DNA from: Squalus acanthias
Taxonomy: Eukaryota
DNA length: 64,000 nt
Reading direction: 5' to 3'
Assembly (NCBI GenBank): GCA_030390025.1
Contig: CM059432.1
Span: 6,138,001-6,202,000, forward strand
Under the pieces are notes generated by a model. That model did not search any database, had not been told where the DNA came from, and was given only the letters and a program-made list of their open reading frames with translations. The stretch's first letter is position 1; the number at the start of each line of letters is the position of its first letter. Shown here piece after piece: positions 11,921-24,272 of the stretch. A program made the translations under genes and the position numbers.

Positions 11921-13049
11921 TAACTCATGAAGCGACATCTTGCAGGAAGACTCAAGGAGGAAAAAACTATGAAATTGAAGAGAGTGGAGCAGGGCATAGG
12001 GAAAAAAAAGAGGATATGGTAGAGCAAGAGCCAAGAAAGGGATAAATTTGTTGAAATACAACATTAAACAAAAACAGACATTTTAAACCTTGAAAGAGAA
12101 ACAGATGGAAGGACAAATAATTGATTATGAATGAACAGAGATAAATGGGAAGGACAGGAATAGAAAATTGGCTGTTGGACAGCGGTTTCTGATCCAGTGG
12201 GATCAGTGTTCAGACGGTTATACAAATTATATTTTCATGGGACAAGAATGAATTATGCTGTCAAGAGTTCCAAGAATACTCTTGTATATCAAATTGAGTT
12301 GGAAGGAACTGAACTACCACAAATTCTTATCAAAATAACTATTTTATATGAGCAAAAAAAAGTTCCTTTTTGTATTTTATTAAACTTTTAGGATATAGTT
12401 ATAGCTAACTCACATTGATGCAAACTGTCAAAATAACTCAGTCAGGTAAGCAATTGGCCTCCTGAGCATACAAAAGCAAGAAACGTAAAACCGCCTGAAC
12501 AGGGAGTCTCAAAACCTACAGGTCACACCAGATGCAGTATAACTGCAGCTCAATGCAAAATCACATTTTAAGAGTCCATTGAACTGCTGTGGACTTGTAA
12601 AAAAGTACAGATCTCAAATAGTGAAGCTCAACTTGAGTCTATTGAATAGGCATTGCCATTTACAGACTGTTCGATATGTGCACTCAGCAGTATAACTGCA
12701 TTCACATGTACTTGCTCAGTAAAAACTTAACAAATAAGTCAAAGTAAATCAGTGTTCAGACATCTCGTCCACAATGACCAGTTATATTAAGCTCCAGTCC
12801 CAATAATATACTGCACCGTAGATCACAGAGTATAACATTAGATAGAGCCTCCCCCAGTACAATAGGTCCTCAGCAATACAAAAGAATTAATCCAATAAAA
12901 TGGGTAAAGTGTAATCATATTCATATCTCAACCGAACTTCGAGTAACCTTTTAGGTCAGGCAAGTTCAAGATCCAATCATTGCAAAATCTAGCATGCAAG
13001 TCCATTTCTTGCAAATTTTTTGATGCAACTTATTCATTAATAAAACAAA

Positions 13050-13295
13050 GAAGAGCAGGGAAGTTCTCCCCGGTGTCCTGGCCAATATTTATCCCTCAAT
13101 CAACATCACTAAAACAGATTATCTGGTCATTATCACATTGCTGTTTGTGGGAGCTTGCTGTGTGCAAATTGGCTGCCGCGTTTCCTACATTACAACAGTG
13201 ACTACACTTCAAAAGTACTTCATTGGCTGTAAAGCGCTTTGGGAGGTCAGGTGGTCGTGAAAGGCGCTATATAAATGCAAGTCTTTCGTTTCTTT
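13050..13295 (+). mobile_element. 3' half of the same DeuSINE-like family
   Basis: Near-identical to 11690-11920. Confidence 0.85.
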
Positions 13296-13299
13296 CTTT

Positions 13300-13530
13300 C
13301 ACCTGGAGACAAGTCCATATAGGGGTGGCAAGCTCCCTTCCCTGGAGGACATCAGTAAACCAGTTAGATTTTTGCAAACTCTGGCAGATTTCATGGGCAT
13401 TTTTCTTTCCTGGCACCGGCCCACAAATTACAAGATTTATTGAATTCAATTTCATGACTTCCACGGATTTTTACTCGTTAGACTGGGTTGCTCGTCTAGT
13501 CCAATACCACTGCATTACAGTTCCCCAGTA
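13300..13530 (-). mobile_element. Diverged copy of the tRNA-like head found at 6913-7170
   Basis: Reverse complement shares gcagtggtattggactag, aattgaattcaataaatct and ctggtttactgatgtcctccagggaagg with 6920-7130. Confidence 0.65.
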
Positions 13531-13709
13531 AAGTGAAGTTGGTGTTTAATGCTAACACTATATGCATTTACACAGGCTAACAGATGGCCAACAATGAACA
13601 ATAAAGCTGTAATTCAACTGAAGTGGTTTATGACTTCAGCATAACCAGAAGGAAAATTGAAATTCATTGTTAGCTATTATTTGTAATATAAACTGTATAG
13701 TAAACTTAC

Positions 13710-13754
13710 AGATGACCAGCACTACAGTATTGAGTTTGTTTTCCTAATAGATTT
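13710..13754 (-). other. Candidate 45-nt in-frame cassette exon in STK3 intron 1
   Basis: ctgttttgttttacag|45 nt|gtaagt. Only the phase-2 frame, which matches STK3 exon 2, is free of stops. No transcript evidence. Confidence 0.35.
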
Positions 13755-14117
13755 CTGTAAAACAAAACAGACATTATATCAAGGACCCACAATTCAAGGA
13801 CCCACAATTCCGTTTTGGTGGATGTCATTAGGCCAGGCAGCCTTTACAAGGTTGATTGTGTATTACAATGAAGATCTCATCCAATAAGGACTTGCATAAA
13901 TCTGTGGTTTTCAAACTTTTCTATGTCAGGAACATTGTGCAAATATTGGCATTCTGAGGAACCCACTATAAACATTGACGTTCCCTCCATCCTAACTTCT
14001 AAAAGACAGCGTCAGCTACAAAAAGAATAGTGCTATTATTGCAGAAAATGTTTCATTAGTATGCAGCCAAAAAAATAACAAATCAATGAGTCAACAAAAT
14101 ACAAACATTTGAAAATG

Positions 14118-15100
14118 GATGGTGGGGACCTCAGGAGGAGGCCGATATGGATCATCCACTCGGCACATCTGGCTGAAGATGGTTGCAAACGCTTCAGCCT
14201 TGTCTTTTGCACTCACGTGCTGGGCTCCACCATCATTGAGGATGGGGGTATTCATGGAGCCTCCTCCTCCCGTTAGTTTTTTAATGGCCCACCACCATTC
14301 ACGACTGGATGTGGCAGGACTGCAGAGCTTTGATCTGATCCCTTGATTGTGGGATCACTTAGCCCTGTCTATAGCATGCTGCTTCCACTTTTTAGCATGC
14401 ATGTCGTCCTGTGTTGCAGTTTCCCCAGGTTGGCACCTCAGTTTTAATTACGCCTGGTGCTGCTCCTGGTATGCGCTTCCACACTCCTTATTGAACCAGG
14501 GTTGATCTCCTGGCTTGATGGTAATGGTAGTGAGGGATATGCTGGGCCATGAGGTTATAGATTGCGGTGGAATACAATTCTGCTGCTGCTGATGGCCCAC
14601 GGCGCCTCATGGATGCCCAGTTTTGAGCTGCTAGATCTGTTCTAAATCTATCCCATTTAGCACGGTGGTAGTGCCACACAACACGATGGAGGGTGTCCTC
14701 AGTGTGAAGACAGGACTTCATCTCCACAATGACTGTGCGGTGATCACTGCTGCCAATACTGTCATGGACAGATGCATCTGCGACAGGTAGATTGGTGAGG
14801 ACGAGGTCAAGTAGGTTTTTCCCTCTTGTTGGTTCTCTCACCACCTGTCGCAGGCCCAGACTGGCAGCTATGTCCTTCAGGACTCTGCCAGTTCCATCAG
14901 TAGTGGTGCTCCCGAGCCACTCTTGGTGATGAACATTGAAGTCCCCCACCCAGAGTACATTCTGTGCCCTTGCTACTCTCAGTGCTCATCCCAAGTGGTG
15001 GTCAACATGGAGGAGTACGGATTCATCAGCTGAGGGAGGGCAGTCGGTGGTAATCAGCAGGAGGTTTCCTTGCCCGTGCTTGGCCTGTAGCCATGCAACT
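14118..15100 (-). mobile_element. Internal fragment (APE region) of the 6913-10160 LINE family
   Basis: GDFNVHHQEWLGSTTTD...NLLDLVLTNLPVADASVHDSIGSSDH. Confidence 0.9.
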
Positions 15101-17433
15101 TCTAAAGTTCTAAATTCTAAAGTAGTAAGAGTTAGTGTCAAGAGCATAACCCCACAGACAAATAAATACACACATACACACACTCCTAAGTCAGTTAGCA
15201 TTAAGATAGTTAAATTACATTTATCACAATTAAAACAGTAAGTGGTTCTTTTTACCACTCAAACTACAGGCAATAATGGGGCCAAATTCTAATGTAATTC
15301 AAGTTCCTACAATATTTCATGATTGTGAAGTCACAACCAAAAAGCACACAGAAGTATTTGTAAGGTTTTACATCATCATGTAGGGCATAAATTCAATTAT
15401 CCTTTACTAAGGCAGTGAATTACTGCTGAGAAAGCCAACGACGAGTCACGATGAGGGCAGTATGAATGCCAAGAGCAAACAAAGAGAAGTCGTGGATAGT
15501 TTCTAATTAATTTTTTTTTGTCATCTAAAAATGGCTAATATGAACAGGGATTTTGATCTTCCATCCCTTGCACTTTCAGAAGTTCTTATTCACCTGTAAC
15601 TGGTAACCTAAACGAGGACAATGAGAAGATTTAAAGATTTATTCCTTCCTAATATAGAATATCGTCTGGTTTGTAGGAATAAATTCATACCGGGGCCACA
15701 ACTTTATGGGAAGAATTCTTATGTAGCACTACAAGTGGTGCAGTACTGGATTAACAAATTAAGTACTTTTGAATGAATAAGATACAGCTACTAATTGAGA
15801 CCTTTCATAACTTCAATTTACTGCCATACAGAAGACACACTTCTGTGAAGCTCACTGAACCAGTTGTACAGCCTCTCGACCTTTAATACACATTTGTTTT
15901 TGCAGTTGGGTTAATGGCATTCGCTCTGGGGCAGTACAGCACATCCAAAACATTACACATTTGTTTTTTCTTGACTATGTTTTCTGCATTTTATTCTCCT
16001 CATTCCCAAGCATATGGTTATACCATAGAACTACTAAGGATAAGAATGGAAGTGAGAGGCACAACCAATTCTTAACTTATTCCCTTCAAGAAAATATGTC
16101 TCCTTGATAGCTCAGTTATTAATGCCTAAAGTACATTGAGGCTTGAATTGTGATAGTTAGACTGAAGTAAATTATTTATTTAATTAAAAGTCAACTACTA
16201 TGCACCCATTGCATCACACCTTTCAATGGCATATGTCAGTGCATTACACCTGCAAAGCATCAGACATCCATAGAACAAAATTGTGAATGGTTACATTAAA
16301 TTGTATATTTTGTAACTCATCAATAAATCAAAAAGTAGTAAAGTACGAATGATAATGGGTAACCAGCAGAAAACAAAGCAACCAAATCATTATTTCTTAT
16401 TATTATAAGCTTTCATTCACTAACCAGCAAACACAAAAAAACAAAACTGTTCATGAATTTTTTTTTTTGCTTTTATCCACATTTTTCTTCTGCATTCAGG
16501 TTAGTATAGCTAGATTGAAGTAAATTATCTATATAATTAAAACTCATCGACTATGCACCCAAAATATTAACTGTAACATTAACACATAAAATTACACAAT
16601 AGTGCGGAGGGGAGGAGAATATCTCCAAATTTAATTAATGTTAGAAAGCAACAAATTTTCCCCAAATAGGCCTGCTCTTCTATTTGGACCCTAGGACTGG
16701 GTGCTAGAATTTCCAGCTACTGTTGAAAAATTACGCACATGAAATAAAAATACATTATGGGAGCTATTTTCATCCTGGCATGGAATTGAAGTGCCCACAG
16801 TACACTCGGGCAAACCGCATCCTGCAAAAGTCAGGTAGAAAGAACCAGGAGATTTCTGCAAGTGTGAAAGATGCATTATGGGAGCTGTAGTTTTCACAGT
16901 GCTTCTGTTGAACTCCAATATCCAGAACGTACTGTGACTCAGGCAGAACATTTATAATTAACTGCAAGTCACAAGTGGCAGAAAAAATGTTTTTTCAACC
17001 TTCTGTAGATGGTTATTGGAATTCTAAACCAATGTCAAAGGAATTTTTTGTGCTGTGACAAATCTGATGCTCTCGGGCTGCTCTTTATCCAGCAGCGAGG
17101 GGATAAAGAGCGGCCCGAGAGCGGAGCTGAATTAAAGCAGGGGCAGCGGCGAGAGGATAAAGAGCGATCAGAGAGTGGACCTGAATTAAAGCAGCGGCAG
17201 CGCGAGGCTCCAATTCAAAAACAAAGAGTGACATCATAGGAGAGCAGGTAGGTGATTGGTTGGTGAGTATTACAGCTCTTTTAACTCTCTAAGTTAGGGA
17301 AGGGGGTTAAATTAAGAGCTGAGAAACTGTAACTTAATAACTTAAACTAAATAAAATAATTAAACAATAAACCTAAAATATCGATTGAATAAAATCTTTA
17401 ACTAATCAATTAATAAACAAAACAAGGTTAGAG

Positions 17434-18380
17434 ATGGCAGGGCAGGTGGTGTGTCATAACTGCAGCATGTGGGAGTCTGTGGAGAGCATCGCGATCCCGA
17501 GCAACCACATCTGCAGTAAGTGTCTGCAACTCGAGGAACTTCGTCTCCGAATTGTTGAGCTGGAGTACAAGCTACAGACATTGCGATGCATCAGGGAGGG
17601 GGAGAGTTACCTGAACACTTTGTTCCAGGAGGCAGTCACACCTTTTAGGTTAAGTAGTACTTTAGAGTTCGTCAGGGACAGGAGGGTGCGACTGCGAGTC
17701 AGGAAGGTATGGGGACCCAGGATGAAGTGATGGAGGAGCCTCAGCCCTGGACCTTGTCCAACAGGTACAAGGTACTTTCTACCTGTATGGATGATGAAAA
17801 GGACTGCAGGGAGGATGGGCAAACTGACCACAGCACTGTGGTACAGGGGGCCATCCAAGTGGGGGAAGAAGGAAAGAATGTGGTAGTAGTAGGGGACAGT
17901 ATAGTCAGGGGGATGGATACTATTCTCTGCAGCTGCGAAAGAGAGTCCCGAAGGCTGTGTTGCCTGCCCGGTGCCAGGGTTAAGGATATCTCCTCATGGC
18001 TCGGGAAGAACTTGGAGTGGGAGGGGGAGGATCCAGTTGTCGTGGTCCATGTAGGAACCAACGACATAGGTAGAACTAAGAATGAGGTTCTGCTGAGGGA
18101 GTTTGAGGAGCTAGGGTCGAAATTAATAAACAGAACCACAAGGGTAATAATCTCTAGATTGCTACCTGAGCCACGTGCAAATTGGCATAGGGTCAAGCAG
18201 ATCAGAGAGTTAAATGCGTGGCTCAAAGAGTGGTGTGGGCAAAAGGGGTTTCAATTCATGGGGCACTGACATCAGTACTGGAGAAAGAGGGAGCTGTTCC
18301 GTCGAGACGGGCTCCACTTAAACTGGCTGGATCCAGCGTCCTGGCGAATCGAATAACTAGGGCTGTAGATAGGGCTTTAA
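17434..18380 (+). pseudogene. CR1 ORF1: CxxC...CxxC zinc finger, leucine zipper and SGNH esterase domain (frameshifted, with stop)
   Basis: CHNC...CSKCLQLEELRLRIVELEYKL; VVVVGDSIVR; CLPGARVKD; VHVGTNDIG. Confidence 0.88.
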
Positions 18381-18972
18381 ACCAAAAAAAGGGGGGCGAG
18401 GGGTCAGGTGAGGGGAAATTGAGAAATCTAAAGAGAACGGTCAAGGCAATAGAGCAGTGTAGCGATTTGGGTAAAAATAAGCATAGTGTGACATGAAGGG
18501 ACAAAGAGTTTAATGGCAGCAGTGCAGCAGTAAATAAGGTCAAAGCAGGGAATAATGGTAAAAAATTTGAATTAAAAGGCTCTTTATCTGAATGCACGAA
18601 GCATTCGTAACAAGATAGACGAACTAGTCGCACAAATAGAAATAAATGGGTTTGATCTAATTGCCATTACAGAGACATGGTTGCAAGGTGGCCAAGGTTG
18701 GGAACTAAATGTTCCAGGGTACTTGACGTTTCAAAAAGACAGGCAGAATGGAAAAGGAGGGGGAGTAGCCCTGATAATAAAGGATGACATAAGGACAGTA
18801 GCGAGAAAGGATCTTGGCTCAGAAGATCAGGAAGTAGAATCAGTATGGGTGGAGATAAGGAATAACAAGGAGCAGCAAACGCTGGTAGGAGTAGTATATA
18901 GGCCCGCTAACAGTAGCTATACCATTGGACAGAATATTAATCAAGAAATAGTAGGAGCTTGCAACAAAGGTC

Positions 18973-21267
18973 ATGGAACCAATCAGGGAACAGGCTATTT
19001 TAGACTGGGTATTATGTAACGAGAAAGGATTAATTAGCAATCTTGTTGTACGAGGCCCCTTGGGTCAGAGTGATCATAATATGATAGAATTCTTCATTAG
19101 GATGGAGAGTGAAGTAGTTGACTCAGAGACTAGGGTCCTGAATTTAAATAAAGGAAACTACGATGGTATGAGGCGCGAATTGGGTAGGATTGATTGGGGA
19201 ATGTCACTCAAAGGGTTGACGGTGGATAGGCAATGGCAAACATTCAAAGATTGCATGGATGAACTACAGAATTTGTTCATCCCAGTGTGGCATAAGAATA
19301 AAACAAAAAGGGTGACTCAACCGTGGCTAACAAGGAAAATTAGGGATAGCATAAGATCCAATGAGAGGGCATATAAATTGGCCAGAAAAAGCGGTAACCC
19401 TGAGGATTGGGAGCAGTTTAGGCTTCAACAAAGGAGGACAAAGGGATTAATTAAGAAGGGGAAAATAGAATATGAAAGTAAGCTTGCAGGGAACATAAAA
19501 ACTGACTGTAAGAGCTTTTATAGATATGTGATGAGAAAAAGATTAGTGAAATCAAGTGTAGGTCCCTTGCAGTCAGAAGCGGGGAAAGTTATAATGAGGA
19601 ACAAAGAAATGGCAGACCAATTAAATGCATATTTTGGTTCTGTCTTCACAAAGGAGGACACAAATAACCTCGCAGAGATGTTGGAGAACATAGGGTCTGA
19701 TGAAAGGGAGGAACTGAAAGAAATCAGTATTTGCAGGGAAATGGTGTTAGGGAAATTGACGGAATTGAAGGCCGATAAATCCCCAGGGCCTGATAATCTA
19801 CATCCTCGGGTACTTAAGGAAGTGGCCCTAGAAATAGTAGATGCATTGCTGATCATCTTCCAACAGTCGCTGGAATCTGGAACTGTACCCATGGATTGGA
19901 GGGTAGCTAATGTTAGCCCACTATTCAAAAAGGGTGGTAGAGAGAAAGCGGGGAATTACAGACCGGTAAGCCTGACATCGGTAGTGGGGAAAATGCTAGA
20001 GTCCATTATAAAGGATGTAATAGCTGAGCACTTGAAAAACAGTGACAGGATCGGACAAAGTCAACATGGATTTACAAAAGGTAAATCGTGCTTGACTAAT
20101 CTACTGGAATTTTTTGAGGATGTAACTGGGAAAATAGATAAGGGAGAACCAGTAGATGTGGTGTATTTGGACTTTCAAAAGGCTTTCGATAAGGTCCCGC
20201 ATAAGAGATTAGCGTGTGAAGTTAAGGCATATGGGATTGGGGGCAAGGTATTGACTTGGATAGAGAACTGGTTGGCGGACAGGAAGCAGAGAGTAGGAAT
20301 TAATGGATCTTTTTCCGAATGGCAGGCGGTGACTAGTGGGGTACCGCAGGGGTCGGTCCTTGGACCCCAGCTATTCACAATATACATTAATGATCTAGAT
20401 AAGGGAACTAAATGTAATATCTCCAAGTTTGCAGATGACACAAAGCTGGGTGGGCGTGTGTGCTGCGAGGAAGATACGGAGAAACTCCAGGATGATTTGG
20501 ACAGGTTGGGTGAGTGGGCAGAAGCGTGGCAGATGCAATATAACGTGGATAAATGCGAGGTTATCCATTTTGGTGTCAAAAACAGAAAGGCAGACTATTA
20601 TCTGAATGGCAATAGATTGGGAGAAGGGGAAGTGCAACGAGACCTGGGTGTCCTTGTGCACCAGTCGCTGAAGGTAAGCATGCAGGTGCAGCAGGCGGTG
20701 AAGAAGGCAAATGGTATGTTGGCCTTCATAGCGAAAGGGTTTGAATATAGGAACAGGGATGTCCTGCTGCAGTTGTACAGGGCCTTGGTGACACCATACC
20801 TTGAGTACTGTGTGCAGTTTTGGTCGCCTTATCTGAGGAAGGATGTTCTTGCCATGGAAGGAGTTCAGCGAAGATTCACAAGGCTGATACCTGGGGTGGC
20901 AGGAATGACATATGAGGAGAGATTGGGTCGATTGGGCTTATACTCGCTGGAGTATAGAAGAATGAGAGGGGATCTCATCGAAACATATAAAATTCTGACA
21001 GGTCTGGACAAACTAGATGCAGGAAGAATGTTCCCGCTGGTCGGAGAGTCCAGAACCAAGGGTCATAATCTAAGGATAAGGGGTAAGCCATTTAGGACAG
21101 AAATGAGGAAGAATTTCTTCACCCAGAGAGTGGTGAACCTGTGGAATTCTCTACCACAGAAGGTAGTTGAGGCCAAGTCATTAAATATATTCAAGAATGA
21201 GTTAGATATATTTCTTAAAGCTAAAGGTATCAAGGGATATGGGGAGAAGGCAGGTACAGGGTACTGA
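18973..21267 (+). CDS. Open 764-aa CR1 ORF2 segment (end of APE, complete RT, C-terminus) of a young 5'-truncated CR1
   Basis: SDH, KSPGPD, NYRPVSLTS, QHGF, YLDFQKAFDKV, GVPQGSVLGP, KFADD and ..RDLGV in one uninterrupted frame; 3' UTR runs to 21360 ending (tctatgtt)n. Confidence 0.93.
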   Translation: MEPIREQAILDWVLCNEKGLISNLVVRGPLGQSDHNMIEFFIRMESEVVDSETRVLNLNKGNYDGMRRELGRIDWGMSLKGLTVDRQWQTFKDCMDELQNLFIPVWHKNKTKRVTQPWLTRKIRDSIRSNERAYKLARKSGNPEDWEQFRLQQRRTKGLIKKGKIEYESKLAGNIKTDCKSFYRYVMRKRLVKSSVGPLQSEAGKVIMRNKEMADQLNAYFGSVFTKEDTNNLAEMLENIGSDEREELKEISICREMVLGKLTELKADKSPGPDNLHPRVLKEVALEIVDALLIIFQQSLESGTVPMDWRVANVSPLFKKGGREKAGNYRPVSLTSVVGKMLESIIKDVIAEHLKNSDRIGQSQHGFTKGKSCLTNLLEFFEDVTGKIDKGEPVDVVYLDFQKAFDKVPHKRLACEVKAYGIGGKVLTWIENWLADRKQRVGINGSFSEWQAVTSGVPQGSVLGPQLFTIYINDLDKGTKCNISKFADDTKLGGRVCCEEDTEKLQDDLDRLGEWAEAWQMQYNVDKCEVIHFGVKNRKADYYLNGNRLGEGEVQRDLGVLVHQSLKVSMQVQQAVKKANGMLAFIAKGFEYRNRDVLLQLYRALVTPYLEYCVQFWSPYLRKDVLAMEGVQRRFTRLIPGVAGMTYEERLGRLGLYSLEYRRMRGDLIETYKILTGLDKLDAGRMFPLVGESRTKGHNLRIRGKPFRTEMRKNFFTQRVVNLWNSLPQKVVEAKSLNIFKNELDIFLKAKGIKGYGEKAGTGY

Positions 21268-23999
21268 GTTTGGATGATCAGCCATGATCTCATCGAATGG
21301 CGGATCAGGCTCGAGGGGCCGAATGGCCTACTCCTGCTCCTATCTTCTATGTTTCTATGTTTAGATCTTGTATTGTGTAATGAGACAGGGTTAATGAGCA
21401 ATCTCATAGTAAAGGATCCTCTGGGGCAGAGTAATCATAAGATAGAATTTCAAATTAATTTTCAGAGTGACTTGCCTAAGCCCAAAACTAGAGTCTTAAA
21501 CTTAAATAAAGCCAATTACATAGGTATGAGGGGCGAGTTGGCTAAGGTAGATTGGAAAAATAGATTAAAAGGTATGGTGGTAGATAAGCAGTGGCTAGCA
21601 TTTAAAGAAATATTTCATAATTCTCAACAAAAATACATTCCACTGAGAAACAAAAACTCCAACCCTGGCTAACTAAAGAAGTTAATGATAGCATTAGATT
21701 GAAAGAAGAAGCTTATAATGTTGCAAAGAATAATAGTAAGTCTGAGGATTGGGAGAGTTTCAGAAACCAGCAAAGGTTGACCAAAAAATTGATAAAAAGG
21801 GAAAAAATAGAATGAGAGAGAAAACTAGCAACAAATATAAAAGCAGATTGTAAGAGTAAAAAGGAAAAGAGTAGCAAAAGTAAACGGTCCCTTAGAGGCT
21901 GAGACAGGAGAAATTATTATGGGGAATAAGGAAATGGCAGAAACGTTAAACAAATATTCTAGATCTGTCTTCACAGTAGAAGACACAAAAAGCATACCAA
22001 AAATGGTGGGGAACCAAGGGTCTAATGAGGGTGAGGAACTTAACGTAATTAATATAAGTAGAGAAAAAGTACTAGAGAAACTAATGGGACTAAAAGCCGA
22101 CAAATCCCCTGGACCTGATGGCCTACATCCTAGGGTTCTAAAAGAGGTGGCTGAAGAGATAGTGGATGCATTGGTTTTGATCTTCCAAAATTCTCTAGAT
22201 TCTGGAATGGTCCCAGCGGATTGGAAGGTCGCAAATGTAACACCACTATTCAAGAAAGGAGGGAGAAAAAAAACAGGGAACTACAGGCCAGTTAGGCATT
22301 CGATAAGGTGCCACATAAAAGGTTATTACACAAGATTAGGGCTCATGGGATTGGGGGTAATATATCATGGATAGAGGATTGGTTAACGGACAGAAAACAG
22401 AGAGTAGGGATAAACAGGGAACTACAGGCCAGTTAGCCTGACATCAGTCGTCGGGAAAATGCTGGAATCCATTGTTAAGGAAGTAATATCAAGTCACTGA
22501 GAAAATCATAACATGATTAGGCAGAGTCAACCTGGTTTGATGAAAGGGAAATCGTGCTTGACAAATTTATTAGAGTTTTTTGAGAATGTAACTAGCAGGG
22601 TAGATAAAGAGGAACCAGTAGATGTAGTATATTTGGATTTCCAAAAGGCATTCGATAAGGTGCCACATAAAAGGTTATTACACAAGATTAGGGCTCATGG
22701 GATTGGGGGTAATATAATATCATGGACAGAGGATTGGTTAATGGACAGAAAACAGAGAGTAGGGATAAACGGATCTTTTTCAGGTCGGCAGGCTATAACT
22801 AGTGGGGTGCCGCAAGGATCAGTGTTGGGGCCTCAGCTATTTACAATTTTTATTAATGACCTAGATGAAGGGACCGAGTGTAATGTATCCAAGTTTACTG
22901 ATGATACAAAGCTAGGTGGGACAGTAAGCTGTGAGGAGAACACAAAGAGTCTGCAAAGGGATATAGATAGACTAAGTGAGTGGGCAGTAAGGTGGCAGAT
23001 GGAGTATAATGTAGGGAAATGTGAGGTTATTCACTTTGGTAGGAAGAATAGAAAAACAGAATATTTTTTAAATGGTGAGAAACTTTCAAATGTTGGTGTT
23101 GAGAGATTTAGGTGTCCTCGTGCAAGAAACACAGAAAGCCAGCATGCAGGTACAGCAAGCAATTAGGAAGGCAAATGGCATGTTGGCCTTTATTGCAAGG
23201 GGGTTGGAGTATAAGAGTGAGGAAGTCTTGCTACAATTGTACAGGGCCTTTGTGAGACCACACCTGGAGTACTGTGCAGCTTTGGTCTCCTTATCTGAGG
23301 AAGGATTTACTTGCCTTGGAGGCGGTGCAACGAAGGTTCACTCGATTGATTCCTGGGATGAGAGGGCTGTCCTATGATGAGAGATTGTGTAGAATGGGCC
23401 TATACTCTGGAGTTTAGAAGAATGAGAGGTGATCTCATTGAAACATACAAGATTCTGAAGGGGATTGACAGGGTAGATGCTGAGAGATTGTTTCTCCTGG
23501 CTGGAGTGTCTAGAACTATGGGGTATAGTCTCAGGATAAGGGATAGGCCATTTAAGACTGAGATGAGGAGGAATTTCTTCACTCAGAGCGTTGTGAATCT
23601 TTGGAATTCTCTGCCTCAGAGGGCTGTGGATGCTGAGTCTTTGAGTATATTCAAGGCAGGGATAGATAGATTTTTGGACTCATGGAGGAGAATCAAGGGA
23701 TATGGAGATCGGGCGGGAAAGTGGAGTTGAGGTCGATGATCAGCCATGATCTTATTGAAAGGCGGAGCAGGCTCGAGGGGCCGTATGGCCTACTCCTGCT
23801 CTTATTTCTTATGTTCTTATGAAAGGGGATGTTTATGAGATGGTTTGATGCTAGCTTCAGACACTGTGGCCGGAGTCAGCCGGACCTGGACAATGGGGAA
23901 TGACCATCTGTTCAGGTGCTGGTCATTGGAGACTTGACAATGTGGAAAATACCTACTTTGGCAGTGCTATATAAGTGACGGGTTCAGCAAGAATGACAC

Positions 24000-24272
24000 A
24001 TCCATTTAGGACTGAGATGAGGAGAAATCTCTTCACTCAAACGGTTGGGAATCTTTGGAATTCTCTACCCCAGAGAGCTGTGGATGCTCAGTCCTTGAGT
24101 ATATTCAAGACAGAGGTCGATACATTGTTGGGAACGAAGGGAATTAAGGAATATGGGGAAAGAGCGGGAAGGTGGAGTCGAGGTAGAAGATCAGCCGTGA
24201 TCTTGTTGAATGGCGGAGCAGGCTTGAAGGGCCAAATGGCCTACTCCAGCTCCTATTTCTTATGCTCTTATA
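24000..24272 (+). mobile_element. CR1 3' terminal fragment
   Basis: PFRTEMRRNLFTQ...WNSLPQRAV plus CR1 3' UTR. Confidence 0.88.

Larger units (their letters stand above)
17075..23820 (+). mobile_element. Near full-length CR1 LINE (5' UTR, ORF1, disrupted ORF2, 3' UTR) with a second CR1 nested at ~19004-21360
   Basis: 5' UTR has two ~54-bp tandem units (~17092-17203); ORF1; APE from ~18570; host ORF2 resumes at 21361; ends in (ttcttatg)n. Confidence 0.92.

Noticed and set aside
13779..13810. Short tandem duplications (tcaaggacccacaat x2; similar ones at ~10850 and ~60391)
   Set aside because: Ordinary slippage-type duplications. No spacer-repeat array or CRISPR-like structure was seen anywhere in the window.
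18973..21267. 764-aa ORF as a host gene or an active autonomous element
   Set aside because: It is standard CR1 ORF2 lacking most of the endonuclease; the upstream APE is out of frame and missing GDFN.
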